DNA of 64,000 bases from Phycisphaerae bacterium (lineage in GTDB: Bacteria > Planctomycetota > Phycisphaerae > UBA1845). The notes beneath the pieces are model-generated. The model ran no database searches. It saw only the letters and a program-made list of their open reading frames with translations, and was not told the DNA's origin. The DNA lies in assembly GCA_963666835.2 (NCBI GenBank), contig CAXXGO010000006.1, forward strand, positions 1,888,001 through 1,952,000, written 5' to 3'. The stretch's first letter is position 1; each line of letters begins with the position of its first letter. The position numbers were made by a program, and so were the translations under genes. Below, piece after piece: positions 19,248-28,390 of the stretch.

Positions 19248-19715
19248 TCACTCGCGAAGCGGTAGACCCTCGGCGTCGCGCATCGCCCCGACGAGGCAGA
19301 GGACGCCTTCGATGAAGCCCCAGACGCCCGCGATTCCGAACGTCATGAAGGTCAAGAAGATCTGGAGGATGCCGATCCCCGGAAAACCGAGGTAGAAGCG
19401 GTGCACTCCGAATGACCCGAGCAGAATCCCCAAGACACCTGCCACCCAGCGATTCCGCCACGAGTAGGACCCGTCGAGATCCGGCGGAAACCTGTGCCGC
19501 GTTGGGCTCGGCGGGCTAGCGGGAGGCGCGACCGGGCGAGGCGCGGTCTCGTCAGCTGCTTCTAGAGTCTGCCAGGGCGTAATTGCGTGATCGCAGTGCG
19601 GACAGGCCACCGGTGCTCGCAGGTGTTCCGAGGCGACGCGCATCGGCTTGCCGCATTGAGGGCAGTACATCGTCACGGCCTGTTGGTCGAGAATGTCGAG
19701 TTGCGTCCCGTTCAT
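19248..19715 (-). CDS. TM2-domain membrane protein with N-terminal Zn ribbon
   Basis: CPQCG...CPHCD; RWVAGVLGILLGSFGVHRFYLG...WGFIEG; start at MNGTQ chosen within the 184-aa ORF. Confidence 0.85.
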   Translation of the reverse strand: MNGTQLDILDQQAVTMYCPQCGKPMRVASEHLRAPVACPHCDHAITPWQTLEAADETAPRPVAPPASPPSPTRHRFPPDLDGSYSWRNRWVAGVLGILLGSFGVHRFYLGFPGIGILQIFLTFMTFGIAGVWGFIEGVLCLVGAMRDAEGLPLRE

Positions 19716-19894
19716 ACTTGTTCTTCCGGCGATTGATGCCATCATAGCCTTTGGAGCGGGACGAAGCCATTGTCGGTTCCGGCGACGCCCAAGCGGAGGC
19801 ATCTCGCTGGGGGATTATTCGGCGTGGGGCTTGGATTATTTGATCAGCCCCTAAACGCCGTCGGACGAAGGCCTTATCGGAGTGACCGGGCAGA

Positions 19895-20767
19895 ATGGGC
19901 CTCTTTGACCAACACGTTCATTCCCGGCACTCCTTCGACTCGCGGGCGGATCCGAGCGCGTGCGTGGAGGCCGCGCTCGCCCGAGGACTGGCCGGCATTA
20001 CCTTCACGGAGCATCTCGACACGCACCCGGATGAATGGCGTGATTGCGTGTACGACGACGAGGCGTACTCGGCCACTATCCGGGACTTACGCACGCGATT
20101 CGGGGACCGGATCTTCATCGGGAAGGGCATAGAGGTCTGCTATCAGCCTGAACGGATGGGGTTCATTCAGGATTTCCTCGCAGCACACCGCTTCGACGTC
20201 GTTCTGCTTAGCGTTCACTACTTCGGACCGCCTCCGGCGCGACCGGTACACGTCCGGGAACACTGGCAGAACCTGGATCCGGAAACCGGCACGCGGCTAT
20301 ACCTGGAGCACGTGTTGGAGGCGGCGACATTCTGTGCGAAGCTGCACGGGCGAGCCGGACGGGTCTTCGATGTCCTCGGCCATCTCGATATGGTGAAGCG
20401 TTACACCCAGCGGTTTCTCGGGTTGAACATGGTATCGCTGTTTCCGGATCTGACTGACGAGATACTCCGGGCGTGCCTGGCGGCGGATCTCGTTCCGGAG
20501 GTCAATACGTCCTCGCTTCGGCAGGGTCTGGAAGAAACGATGCCTGGGGACAATGTGGTGCGGCGATACGCGGAACTTGGCGGGCGAGCGATGTCGCTGG
20601 GTTCCGACGCTCATCCGGCCGAGTCCGTGGGGGCGGGCTTTCCCCGTGCGGTGGCTGCATTGCGGGCGGCCGGGATCGCGCACATTGCTGTTTATCAGGA
20701 ACGCCGCAAAACCGAGGTGCCGATCGACGGCACTCAGCCCTCCCCGCGCAGCGTGCGGGGGACGTAG
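19895..20767 (+). CDS. PHP-family phosphoesterase (histidinol-phosphatase HisJ-like)
   Basis: DQHVHSRHSFD, FTEH, GIEV, SVH, GHLD, EVNTS, GSDAH. Confidence 0.88.
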   Translation: MGLFDQHVHSRHSFDSRADPSACVEAALARGLAGITFTEHLDTHPDEWRDCVYDDEAYSATIRDLRTRFGDRIFIGKGIEVCYQPERMGFIQDFLAAHRFDVVLLSVHYFGPPPARPVHVREHWQNLDPETGTRLYLEHVLEAATFCAKLHGRAGRVFDVLGHLDMVKRYTQRFLGLNMVSLFPDLTDEILRACLAADLVPEVNTSSLRQGLEETMPGDNVVRRYAELGGRAMSLGSDAHPAESVGAGFPRAVAALRAAGIAHIAVYQERRKTEVPIDGTQPSPRSVRGT

Positions 20768-21536
20768 CGCAGGCTTCCAGCCTGCCCCCGGATGGTCCTG
20801 TTCCAGCGGCAGTCCGGCAGGTCGGGCTCAGCCCGACGCCAGACTCTCGACTTGGTTTTAGTCCGGTAGGTCGGGCTCAGCCCGACGCGAGACTGTCGGG
20901 CCGAGCCCAATGGTACTAACCTTGGCAGAAGAGACGAGAGAGTTCTCTCTGATGTGCGGACTGCTTCCCGTCCGAGTACGCCAACGGCGTTGCGCCCTCC
21001 AGCCCGAAGGGCTCAGATGAAGTAGCCGGGGGCAAAGCCGCGCAGCGGCCGCCGCCCCCGGACCCGATCCCCACAACCTCCCTTACCCCGGTAGGGGTCA
21101 AATGCCTTGGGCGGATGCGTTTCGCGAGTCCGTCATGTCTTTCGACGCATTCTCAAAGAAGCCGGGCAGCCGAAACGGACGCGCGGTTCATCGCCGCCGT
21201 CTCTTGCACCCTTTCAGGGTGCTTGGGATTGTTGGGACCTCATCCGGGGGCGGCGGCCGCTGCGCGGCCTTGCCCCCGGCTATTGTCTTGTAGGCTTTCA
21301 GCCTGAACACCGAGCCGGCTTGACGCCTTTCGCTGAAAAGGAAGCCGCGCCTTGCGGCCTTTCAGACTGGGGATTGGGCCACCGCGGAGTCGGACGGATA
21401 CGCTTCGCTCGCCCAGCAAAGATGTGTAGAACAACGAGGCGCTCCACCCGTGGCTACTTGCCCAAAGTCCCTTCGGGACGGTTGCCCGCATGGTGGCCTG
21501 ACAAAGGTCAGTACCATTGGGCAGAGCCCGACCTAC
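20764..21536. repeat. Cluster of REP-like and larger palindromic repeats
   Basis: GTAGCGCAGGCTTCCAGCCTGCC (20764), GTAGGTCGGGCTCAGCCCGAC (20866), AGCCGGGGGC...GCCCCCGG units in both orientations, CTCCACCCGTGGCTAC, inverted GGGCAGAGCCCGACCTAC (to 21536). Confidence 0.85.
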
Positions 21537-21542
21537 TTGGCT

Positions 21543-22460
21543 TCAGGAGACCGGTGGGGGCAAGTTGGGATCGAGGCCCGTTCGCGATGATCTCTCGATT
21601 TCGGTGATCATCGCTCCGCGCCGCCACACGCGAACCGTACCGGTGGACTCGGAAAGCGAGATGGCCAGGCACTTGGTGGTGGCGGTGATCGCGGCCGCGG
21701 CCGCATGCCGGGTGCCGAACTCCTGGGGAAGACACTCGCCGGCCAACGCCGGTCGGAGAGTCGTACCGCCGGAGAGGATCACGCCGTTGCCTTTTATAAT
21801 GAACGCTCCGTCGAGCTTGGCGATTTCCTTGACCGTATCGCGCATGGACTCGTCCATGATATTGCGTTCACGCTCGGTGTAGCCTTTGAAGGGGTTGATT
21901 CGTCCCTCCTGGCAGTACTTCAGCACTTCTCGGTGACTTCCGACGACGAAGATCGTCCCTACGGGCTTACCCTCGCGGCCCTCGTGGGCCAGCTCGAGGG
22001 CGAGCGTGAGGACTCGCTCGAACACGGCCGGGCGGATGTGTTCGGTAAGTTCGGGCTGTCCCACGGACTGGAAGATTTCGTATTCGTCGCCGACCTTCAT
22101 CGTTACGAGCGTATCGACGCTGTGGCCGATCACGCCGGAGAGGAACACCAATACGTCTCCGCTCTTAATGATCTGCTTCGAGAACGCGAGCATCGTGGCC
22201 ATCTTGATCTGCCCCATCCGGGTGAGGTTGAAGGCGGGCACGACCATGGCTTCTATCGAGTGGTCCGCGGCACGCTGCTCCTCTTGAACATCGCGACAGA
22301 CCAGGACCAGCTTGGTCTTGGCGGGCATAGTCTTCTTGACGGCTTCCAGATCATCCAAGGCGCCGATGTACGCGAAGAGAGTCTCGGCCGCGGTTGCCTT
22401 GGCCACGTCGGCGGCGGCTTTGATGATCGGTCCGGCAATGTCGATTTCGCCCTTGGCCAC
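21543..22460 (-). CDS. Diadenylate cyclase (DAC domain) with N-terminal pyruvate-kinase-C-like domain, DacZ-type
   Basis: ELAHEGREGKPVG, LDGAFII, GTRHAAA, SESTG; GTG start with AGGAGG SD. Confidence 0.85.
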   Translation of the reverse strand: MAKGEIDIAGPIIKAAADVAKATAAETLFAYIGALDDLEAVKKTMPAKTKLVLVCRDVQEEQRAADHSIEAMVVPAFNLTRMGQIKMATMLAFSKQIIKSGDVLVFLSGVIGHSVDTLVTMKVGDEYEIFQSVGQPELTEHIRPAVFERVLTLALELAHEGREGKPVGTIFVVGSHREVLKYCQEGRINPFKGYTERERNIMDESMRDTVKEIAKLDGAFIIKGNGVILSGGTTLRPALAGECLPQEFGTRHAAAAAITATTKCLAISLSESTGTVRVWRRGAMITEIERSSRTGLDPNLPPPVS

Positions 22461-22631
22461 GCTGGGCCCTCCTGCGAATGGCAAAGCAGCTTACTAAGAA
22501 AGCGGATCGGTCGGAAGCCCGGAAGCCGGCCGGAGCCCTCCAACCCGTGTACGTCGAGCGAATGGCGGCGGTTCGGATCGGGATATACGAGTTCGCCATC
22601 CCTCGGCCGACGCACTATACTGATCGGCGAT

Positions 22632-24419
22632 ATGACTCACCGACTCCTGCGATGTGTGATCTGTCTGTCCGTCGTTGCCACAGTGGTCCCGGCAGCGCCG
22701 GCCCTGGCGGAGCCTGCGTCACCACCGACGTTGACTGCCGGGCATCGGGTGTTTCTTTCCAGGATAGCCCGGCGCACCCTCCGTGATGTCGCATTGGGAC
22801 GGGTCAAGTACGAGCCGGAGTACATCCCGGCGGCTCTGGAGTCGTTGACTCTCGAGGCCGTCGTGCGGGTCCGCCAGGGGGGGCTGTTGATCGTTGAAAG
22901 CAACGGAGGCCCCGCCCCGGTGGCCGAAGCGGTTCGCGATGCGGCTTTCGCGGCCGCAACGATCTGGGCGACCGCGGAGCCGATTGACGTTGAGCTCTTG
23001 CCGTCGCTTATAATTGAGATTGAGGTCGTGGGGCCGCCCGAGCCGATCGACTTGGACGTTGACTGGACCAAGCCGCGGGCGGTCGATCCGTTCATCGAGC
23101 CCGGGGTCCACGGGGTGGTGCTGAGCGGTCCGCGGATTCACCGCCGTTTCTGCCCCACGGAAGTCTTCACCAATGACATGGTCATGGCGGATGCGCTGGA
23201 GCTTTTGGCGCGGAACGTCCTGTCCAACCCGTCTCAAGTTCGCCAGACGCAGTTGCAGCGCTTTAGGACGCTGCACTGGTACCAGGCTTCTTCGCGGGCG
23301 GAGCCGGTTGCGCTGCATCGCGGTCTTACAATCGTACCCCCGTCGGCCGTTTCAGAGAGGGAGCTTGATGAGTGCATCGATCGGCTTGCTACCTACATGT
23401 GTTACCGGCAGCAGGCCTCCGGGCTCTTCGCATACCTGTACGAACCTGCCTGGGATCGGTATTCCGAAGACAACAACATCGTGCGCCAGGTAGGGGCGAC
23501 GGCCGCAATGGCTTTCCATGCCCAATGGTCCGGCAAGGCGGCTTCGCACGGCGCCGCGGACTTGGGGATTCGCTATCATCTGGCGGGGCTTACGGACTTC
23601 GCCGGCGTTGAAAACGGGGCCTTCGTGGCGACGGCCGATGGGCAGAACAAGCTCGGGGTGACGGCGTTGCTGACGATCGCCATGGCCCAGCACCCTGACG
23701 CGAAGCAGTATGCGGATGTCCGGGAGAGGCTTGTCAACGGGATGCTGGCCCTGCAGCAGCCCTCCGGCGTGTTCGTTACTGCGTTTCCCCCGGCGGATAA
23801 GGTCACCGCCCAAGACTACTTCCCCGGTGAGGCCCTCCTGGCGATGGCGCAGCACTACAGCCACATGCCGAACGCGAGGATCCTGGACGCGTTCGACCGG
23901 GCCATCTCATTCTATCGCGAATACTTTCGGAACCGTCCGTCCCCGGCGTTCGTTCCCTGGCAGGTGCAGGCCTACACCTTGATGGCCTGCCACGGTAAAC
24001 GCCGGGACTATGTGGATTACGTCTTCGAGTTGACCGATTGGCTGGCGGATAAGCAGTTGGATTCCGCGGATTGCCCCTGGCCGGAGTTGCGGGGCGGGAT
24101 CGCGGCTTACCAGCCGGGCCGAGCGGGCGTGGCCACCGCGGCGTACCTTGAAGGCTTCGCCGATGCCTTGGCTCTGGCACGAGAGGTGGGCGACGTCGCC
24201 CGGGCGCAGCGCTACGAGCGGGTCATGCGGGGGGCGGTTCGTTTTGTCATGCAGTTGCAGGTTCGCCCGGAGGAAGCCTACTTCATTCGCAGCCCGCGTG
24301 ACGCCGTGGGGGCTATTCGAACCACGCCGTCGCTGAATCTGTTGCGCATTGACCACTGTCAGCACGCTCTGGTCGGGCTGATCAAGGCCCGGCAAACGCT
24401 CTTCGGCGATGATGACTGA
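22632..24419 (+). CDS. Exported AMMECR1-domain protein with C-terminal helical (alpha/alpha barrel-like) domain
   Basis: Signal peptide from ATG 22632; IEIEVVG...IEPGVHGVVL...FCP AMMECR1-like pattern; helical repeats such as QQPSGVF and YFPGEALLAM. Confidence 0.7.
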   Translation: MTHRLLRCVICLSVVATVVPAAPALAEPASPPTLTAGHRVFLSRIARRTLRDVALGRVKYEPEYIPAALESLTLEAVVRVRQGGLLIVESNGGPAPVAEAVRDAAFAAATIWATAEPIDVELLPSLIIEIEVVGPPEPIDLDVDWTKPRAVDPFIEPGVHGVVLSGPRIHRRFCPTEVFTNDMVMADALELLARNVLSNPSQVRQTQLQRFRTLHWYQASSRAEPVALHRGLTIVPPSAVSERELDECIDRLATYMCYRQQASGLFAYLYEPAWDRYSEDNNIVRQVGATAAMAFHAQWSGKAASHGAADLGIRYHLAGLTDFAGVENGAFVATADGQNKLGVTALLTIAMAQHPDAKQYADVRERLVNGMLALQQPSGVFVTAFPPADKVTAQDYFPGEALLAMAQHYSHMPNARILDAFDRAISFYREYFRNRPSPAFVPWQVQAYTLMACHGKRRDYVDYVFELTDWLADKQLDSADCPWPELRGGIAAYQPGRAGVATAAYLEGFADALALAREVGDVARAQRYERVMRGAVRFVMQLQVRPEEAYFIRSPRDAVGAIRTTPSLNLLRIDHCQHALVGLIKARQTLFGDDD

Positions 24420-26430
24420 CCTCGCCCCAAACCACCGCGGACGCGCCTTACTCCCACTGGCAGTGGTCTTTGCCGTTGTGGCCCTGGCCGGGGTGGCGGT
24501 TGTCTCGCGCTATGCCCTGCTGAGCGTCAGCCTGGAGCTGCTGGCGGCTCTGGTCGTGGTGGTGCCGGCACTGATGTTCGGGGTGGTGCTCTGCGGGGTC
24601 TTTAGACTCGGCCGGATGCCGCAGCGTTGGCATTTCCTGCTTTCTGCGGCGTTGGGGCTCGGGGCGATGTCTCTGTTGGTGCTCTTTGCGGGGTTGGCCG
24701 GTCTGCTGGCTCGTCCGTTGTGGGTCGGGCTGATCGGCGCGCTCTTTGTTCTAGGTCTCGACCGAATGCGCCGCGATCTGCGTTCGCAGAAGGTAGAATC
24801 GCAAACCTTATCCGCCGATACGCAGTGGGCCGCCGGGGGCACGCGTTATCTGTGGCTGATTGCCGCTCCGTTTCTCAGCCTGGCGCTGCTGGCGGCCACG
24901 AACGCCCCGGGCTTCATCTGGCAGGAGGAGGGGTTCGGCTACGATGTTCTCGAATACCATCTTCAGCTCCCGAAGGAGTATCGCCAGGCGGGTCGGATCG
25001 CCTACCAGCCGCACAATGTCTATGCCAACTTCCCGGCCAACGTGGAGATGCTCTACCTGCTCGGCATGGTTCTCCAGGATGATGACGTCGAGACCGGAGT
25101 AAGCGCCAACCTGATTCACCTGATCTTCGGCGCGTTGACGGTCGTTGCGGCGTGGGTTGCGGGTCGAGAGTGGTCTCCGCGTGCGGGAGCGCTGGCCGGG
25201 CTGGCGGCGGCTTCGGTGGGATGGCTGGGCTATCTGTCCGGGCTGGCTTACGTCGAGAACGGGATGCTGTTTTTCGGGATGGCCGCCGCGGCGGCGCTGC
25301 TGCGCGCGGCGCGACTTTCAGAGGACTACCGCAGAAGATGGCTGATCCTGGCGGGCGTGCTGGCGGGTTTCGCATGCGGCTGCAAGTACACGGCCGTGCC
25401 GATGATTGCATTGCCGCTTGGGGTGGGCGTGTTGTTCATGCCGGCACGATCTTGGCGTGCCCGGATTGTCGATGGTGTGGCGTACGCAGCGGCGGCGGCA
25501 GTGACGATGTCGCCTTGGCTGGTCAAGAACCAGCTCATGACCGGCAGCCCGGTTTTTCCGCTGGCCAACGGGGTATTCGAGGCGAGTCCGCCGGGGTGGG
25601 GCGAACCCCAAGCCGCGATGTGGAAGCGCGGCCATCAACCGGCGCCGGAGGAACGGTCGATCACCGGTCGGCTGGCGGCGTTGTGGCGGCATGTTCCGGG
25701 CGACCATTATCAGCGGTTCGGGCCGGCGATACTCACTCTCGCCATAGGGGGGCTTTTCTGCCGGAAGCGCGATCGAGTAGATCTGATCCTCGTGATGATC
25801 TTGACGCTGCAACTGGCGGTCTGGCTACTGGCCACGCACCTTTACGCCCGCTTCGCGGTGGTTCTGTTGATTCCGCTGGCGCTACTGGCCGGTCGCGCGG
25901 CCGGGGCGGCTGTGGGGCGGTTGCGGATGGGCATAATCGTCGGAGTACTAGTGGTCGGCAGCGCGTGGAACTTCGTGTTCGCGGCCGACCTTCATCGTCG
26001 CGAATCGCCGGGCGGAGCTCCGGCGGCGTTGTTCTATGAGGGAAAGGTACCGGGCTACGAGCATCTTGGCTTCGTAAACGGTCTTTCAGAGGACACGCGG
26101 ATTCTGCTGGTCGGCGATGCTCGCGCGTTCTACTATCGTCGCAGCGTGGATTACTGCGTGGTGTTCAACAGGTCTCCGTTCGTCGAAGCGGTCCGATCCG
26201 CCGCGGACGAAGCCGGCGTTGTCGCCTGGCTGCGCGAGCAGGGGTACACGCATGTGGTAGTGGACTGGAGCGAGATCGCCCGCCTGACGGCCACCTACGG
26301 ATTCGCCCCGGAAGTCAACGATGACCTATTCCGCCGTCTGGAGGCGGAGGGGCTCAAACCGGTAAGCGAATTCGCCCACCCGGACACCGGGAGGCGTCTC
26401 GTATCAGTGTTTGAGACGCCTGTGGAATAA
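24409..26430 (+). CDS. GT-C fold multi-pass glycosyltransferase (ArnT/PMT-like)
   Basis: Many TM segments; YDVLEYHLQLPK, GCKYT, PWLVKN...GSPVFP, RF motifs; overlaps the upstream stop. Confidence 0.75.
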   Translation: MMTDLAPNHRGRALLPLAVVFAVVALAGVAVVSRYALLSVSLELLAALVVVVPALMFGVVLCGVFRLGRMPQRWHFLLSAALGLGAMSLLVLFAGLAGLLARPLWVGLIGALFVLGLDRMRRDLRSQKVESQTLSADTQWAAGGTRYLWLIAAPFLSLALLAATNAPGFIWQEEGFGYDVLEYHLQLPKEYRQAGRIAYQPHNVYANFPANVEMLYLLGMVLQDDDVETGVSANLIHLIFGALTVVAAWVAGREWSPRAGALAGLAAASVGWLGYLSGLAYVENGMLFFGMAAAAALLRAARLSEDYRRRWLILAGVLAGFACGCKYTAVPMIALPLGVGVLFMPARSWRARIVDGVAYAAAAAVTMSPWLVKNQLMTGSPVFPLANGVFEASPPGWGEPQAAMWKRGHQPAPEERSITGRLAALWRHVPGDHYQRFGPAILTLAIGGLFCRKRDRVDLILVMILTLQLAVWLLATHLYARFAVVLLIPLALLAGRAAGAAVGRLRMGIIVGVLVVGSAWNFVFAADLHRRESPGGAPAALFYEGKVPGYEHLGFVNGLSEDTRILLVGDARAFYYRRSVDYCVVFNRSPFVEAVRSAADEAGVVAWLREQGYTHVVVDWSEIARLTATYGFAPEVNDDLFRRLEAEGLKPVSEFAHPDTGRRLVSVFETPVE

Positions 26431-26477
26431 CGTGCGGAAGGGGCGGCTTGCGTGTCGGTGCAACATTGTGGGCTCGT

Positions 26478-27101
26478 TTACTCGGCGTGAGCCTCCTTGA
26501 CGAACTTGCGGAGTGATCGGCTTCGCTTCTGGACTACGGTACACTCCGCCCTGATGTTCCGGGCGAGATCGCCGGTCATCTTCCCTTCGGCGTATTTCCT
26601 GTTGGCAACGAACAACTTGGAGAGATCGTTCTTTCCGTCGGAGCCGTCGACGTTTGCGGGAGCATTCGTTCCGCATGAGTCCAATATGTACTTATGTTCA
26701 GAAAGCCCGCGCGGGTCCGCCAGAAGCCAGTTCTCGAACATGCGATCTGGGCAGATGACGGAGATCGCGCAGGGTGAGTGGACCCCCTCCTTCGCCAGTC
26801 TTCGGACAAGAGCGTCATATATTCTTCGCGCCAGGCTTGGGGCGCATTCCTCCCGATTCTCGCGATCGAGGATGACGAGCAGTCTTCGGATCTTCTTGCT
26901 CAATTGAGCCCGCACGCAACCGATCATCCTGTTCACGACGGCCTCAGGCGTCATTTCGCTGCCCTGCCCCTGGAATACCGCAGGCGTTGTCCTTCGTTCG
27001 CCAAGGCGTTCGAGGAGTTCTGGTACGGCGTGATACTCGCTCTGGCCCTCAACGACCAAGCCCAATGGCGCACGCCTATTCGATGTCATCTGCCTCGCCA
27101 T
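26478..27101 (-). CDS. DUF4276/RloB-like (TOPRIM-like) protein
   Basis: LVVEGQSE, VILDRE, MFENWLLAD, RSRSLRKF; overlaps the ATPase stop. Confidence 0.75.
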   Translation of the reverse strand: MARQMTSNRRAPLGLVVEGQSEYHAVPELLERLGERRTTPAVFQGQGSEMTPEAVVNRMIGCVRAQLSKKIRRLLVILDRENREECAPSLARRIYDALVRRLAKEGVHSPCAISVICPDRMFENWLLADPRGLSEHKYILDSCGTNAPANVDGSDGKNDLSKLFVANRKYAEGKMTGDLARNIRAECTVVQKRSRSLRKFVKEAHAE

Positions 27102-28350
27102 TATTCGAGAGGTCCCACAATGAGGGGCCGGCCGGAACTGCGCTCATCTGTCCGGAGTTCCAGTAACTTCCCAAGTCCATGATGCCATCGCGGATGATCT
27201 GCGTTACATCCCGATCCACGCGCGTTGCAGGCACGATCCTTGTTTCACCGTCATTCCGGTCAGCGAGGAAGAGCTCCGAAGGGTTCAGATGTGATACCAG
27301 TACTGGGGAGTGAGTAGTAAGGATGATCTGCTTCTTCTTTGATTGTGTGCGGCATGTATCGATAAAGTCTTTCATGACCCACGGGTGAAGACCGTTTTCC
27401 GGTTCCTCGATGGCGACAGTCCTGAGACGAGAATCCAACAGTGCTACGAACATCGCGAGAGTTCGCAGAGTGCCATCCGAGAGGTCATTTGCGTACCATT
27501 GCCTACCCACGCCCTCTTCGCGAACGAACAACCCGAGTTGCTTGGTTTCCACGTAGTCTGTTTTGATCTCTGCAAGAGTGGCTACCGCTCCCTGCAGATG
27601 CGACAGCAACTCCTCGTGAGTATCTGCATCCTCTCTTTGGAGGTGTTGCAGCACTGCAGGGAGGTTCGTTCCGGTCCGTCCCAGCTCCTTTCGACCGGAC
27701 GGATCACCCGGCTCCCGCACGCTCGCGGGTGAGATTTGGTACACGCCCACACACGAGAGAATCTTCCTGAAGACCGCCAGCGGGGGGAAGATACTGAGGT
27801 AACTGCCCATGGCTAGTTGGTCATCGGGGATCTCGCGTCTAGAGGACTCGTCGATGAACTTGAGTGTCGAAGATACTATCGGATGGCCGTTTTTCGGTTG
27901 TTCGTTGAACCCCTTCTTCCGATCGAAAGACAAGCGATGGTGCTTGCTGTCGTGCGTGTAATCGAGGTCGCACGCTTCGTCGACAATCTTGTACGGGGCT
28001 GCAATCGTCTGTTTCGAAGCCCTGAACGAGAAACGGTATTCAAGCGTGAGATCGTGAAATGGAAGCCCCTCATCCGGGTTGAAGGGCAACCGCTCAATCG
28101 AACAGCTGACTGCGAATTCAATCGCCCCTTTGGCGCGGCGAGCTCTTCTGAAGGCGATGTTCTCATAACCCCCTTTGCTGGCGACGGCTTCCACGAGACC
28201 ATCGCGGAAACACCGCCCAAGGAAATCGAGGCTATCAACGAAGTTGGTTTTCCCTGCCGCGTTGGCTCCCACTACCACCATGAAGTCGTTGGGCTTCAGC
28301 TCTACGTCCTTCAACGACTTGTAGTTCTTCACGCCTAAGTGTGACAGCAT
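27076..28350 (-). CDS. ABC-type ATPase (AAA_21/AbiEii-like)
   Basis: Start MLSHLGVKNYKS; Walker A GANAAGKTN; signature LSDGT; Walker B IEEPENGLHP; H-loop TTHSP. Confidence 0.9.
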   Translation of the reverse strand: MLSHLGVKNYKSLKDVELKPNDFMVVVGANAAGKTNFVDSLDFLGRCFRDGLVEAVASKGGYENIAFRRARRAKGAIEFAVSCSIERLPFNPDEGLPFHDLTLEYRFSFRASKQTIAAPYKIVDEACDLDYTHDSKHHRLSFDRKKGFNEQPKNGHPIVSSTLKFIDESSRREIPDDQLAMGSYLSIFPPLAVFRKILSCVGVYQISPASVREPGDPSGRKELGRTGTNLPAVLQHLQREDADTHEELLSHLQGAVATLAEIKTDYVETKQLGLFVREEGVGRQWYANDLSDGTLRTLAMFVALLDSRLRTVAIEEPENGLHPWVMKDFIDTCRTQSKKKQIILTTHSPVLVSHLNPSELFLADRNDGETRIVPATRVDRDVTQIIRDGIMDLGSYWNSGQMSAVPAGPSLWDLSNNGEADDIE

Positions 28351-28390
28351 TATGCGCCTCGATCCTCGTTTTGTGCGGCATGCCTGCCGA

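Noticed and set aside
21705..22631. N-terminal 309 aa of the 904-aa ORF
   Set aside because: Antisense to the diadenylate cyclase; a signal peptide begins at ATG 22632
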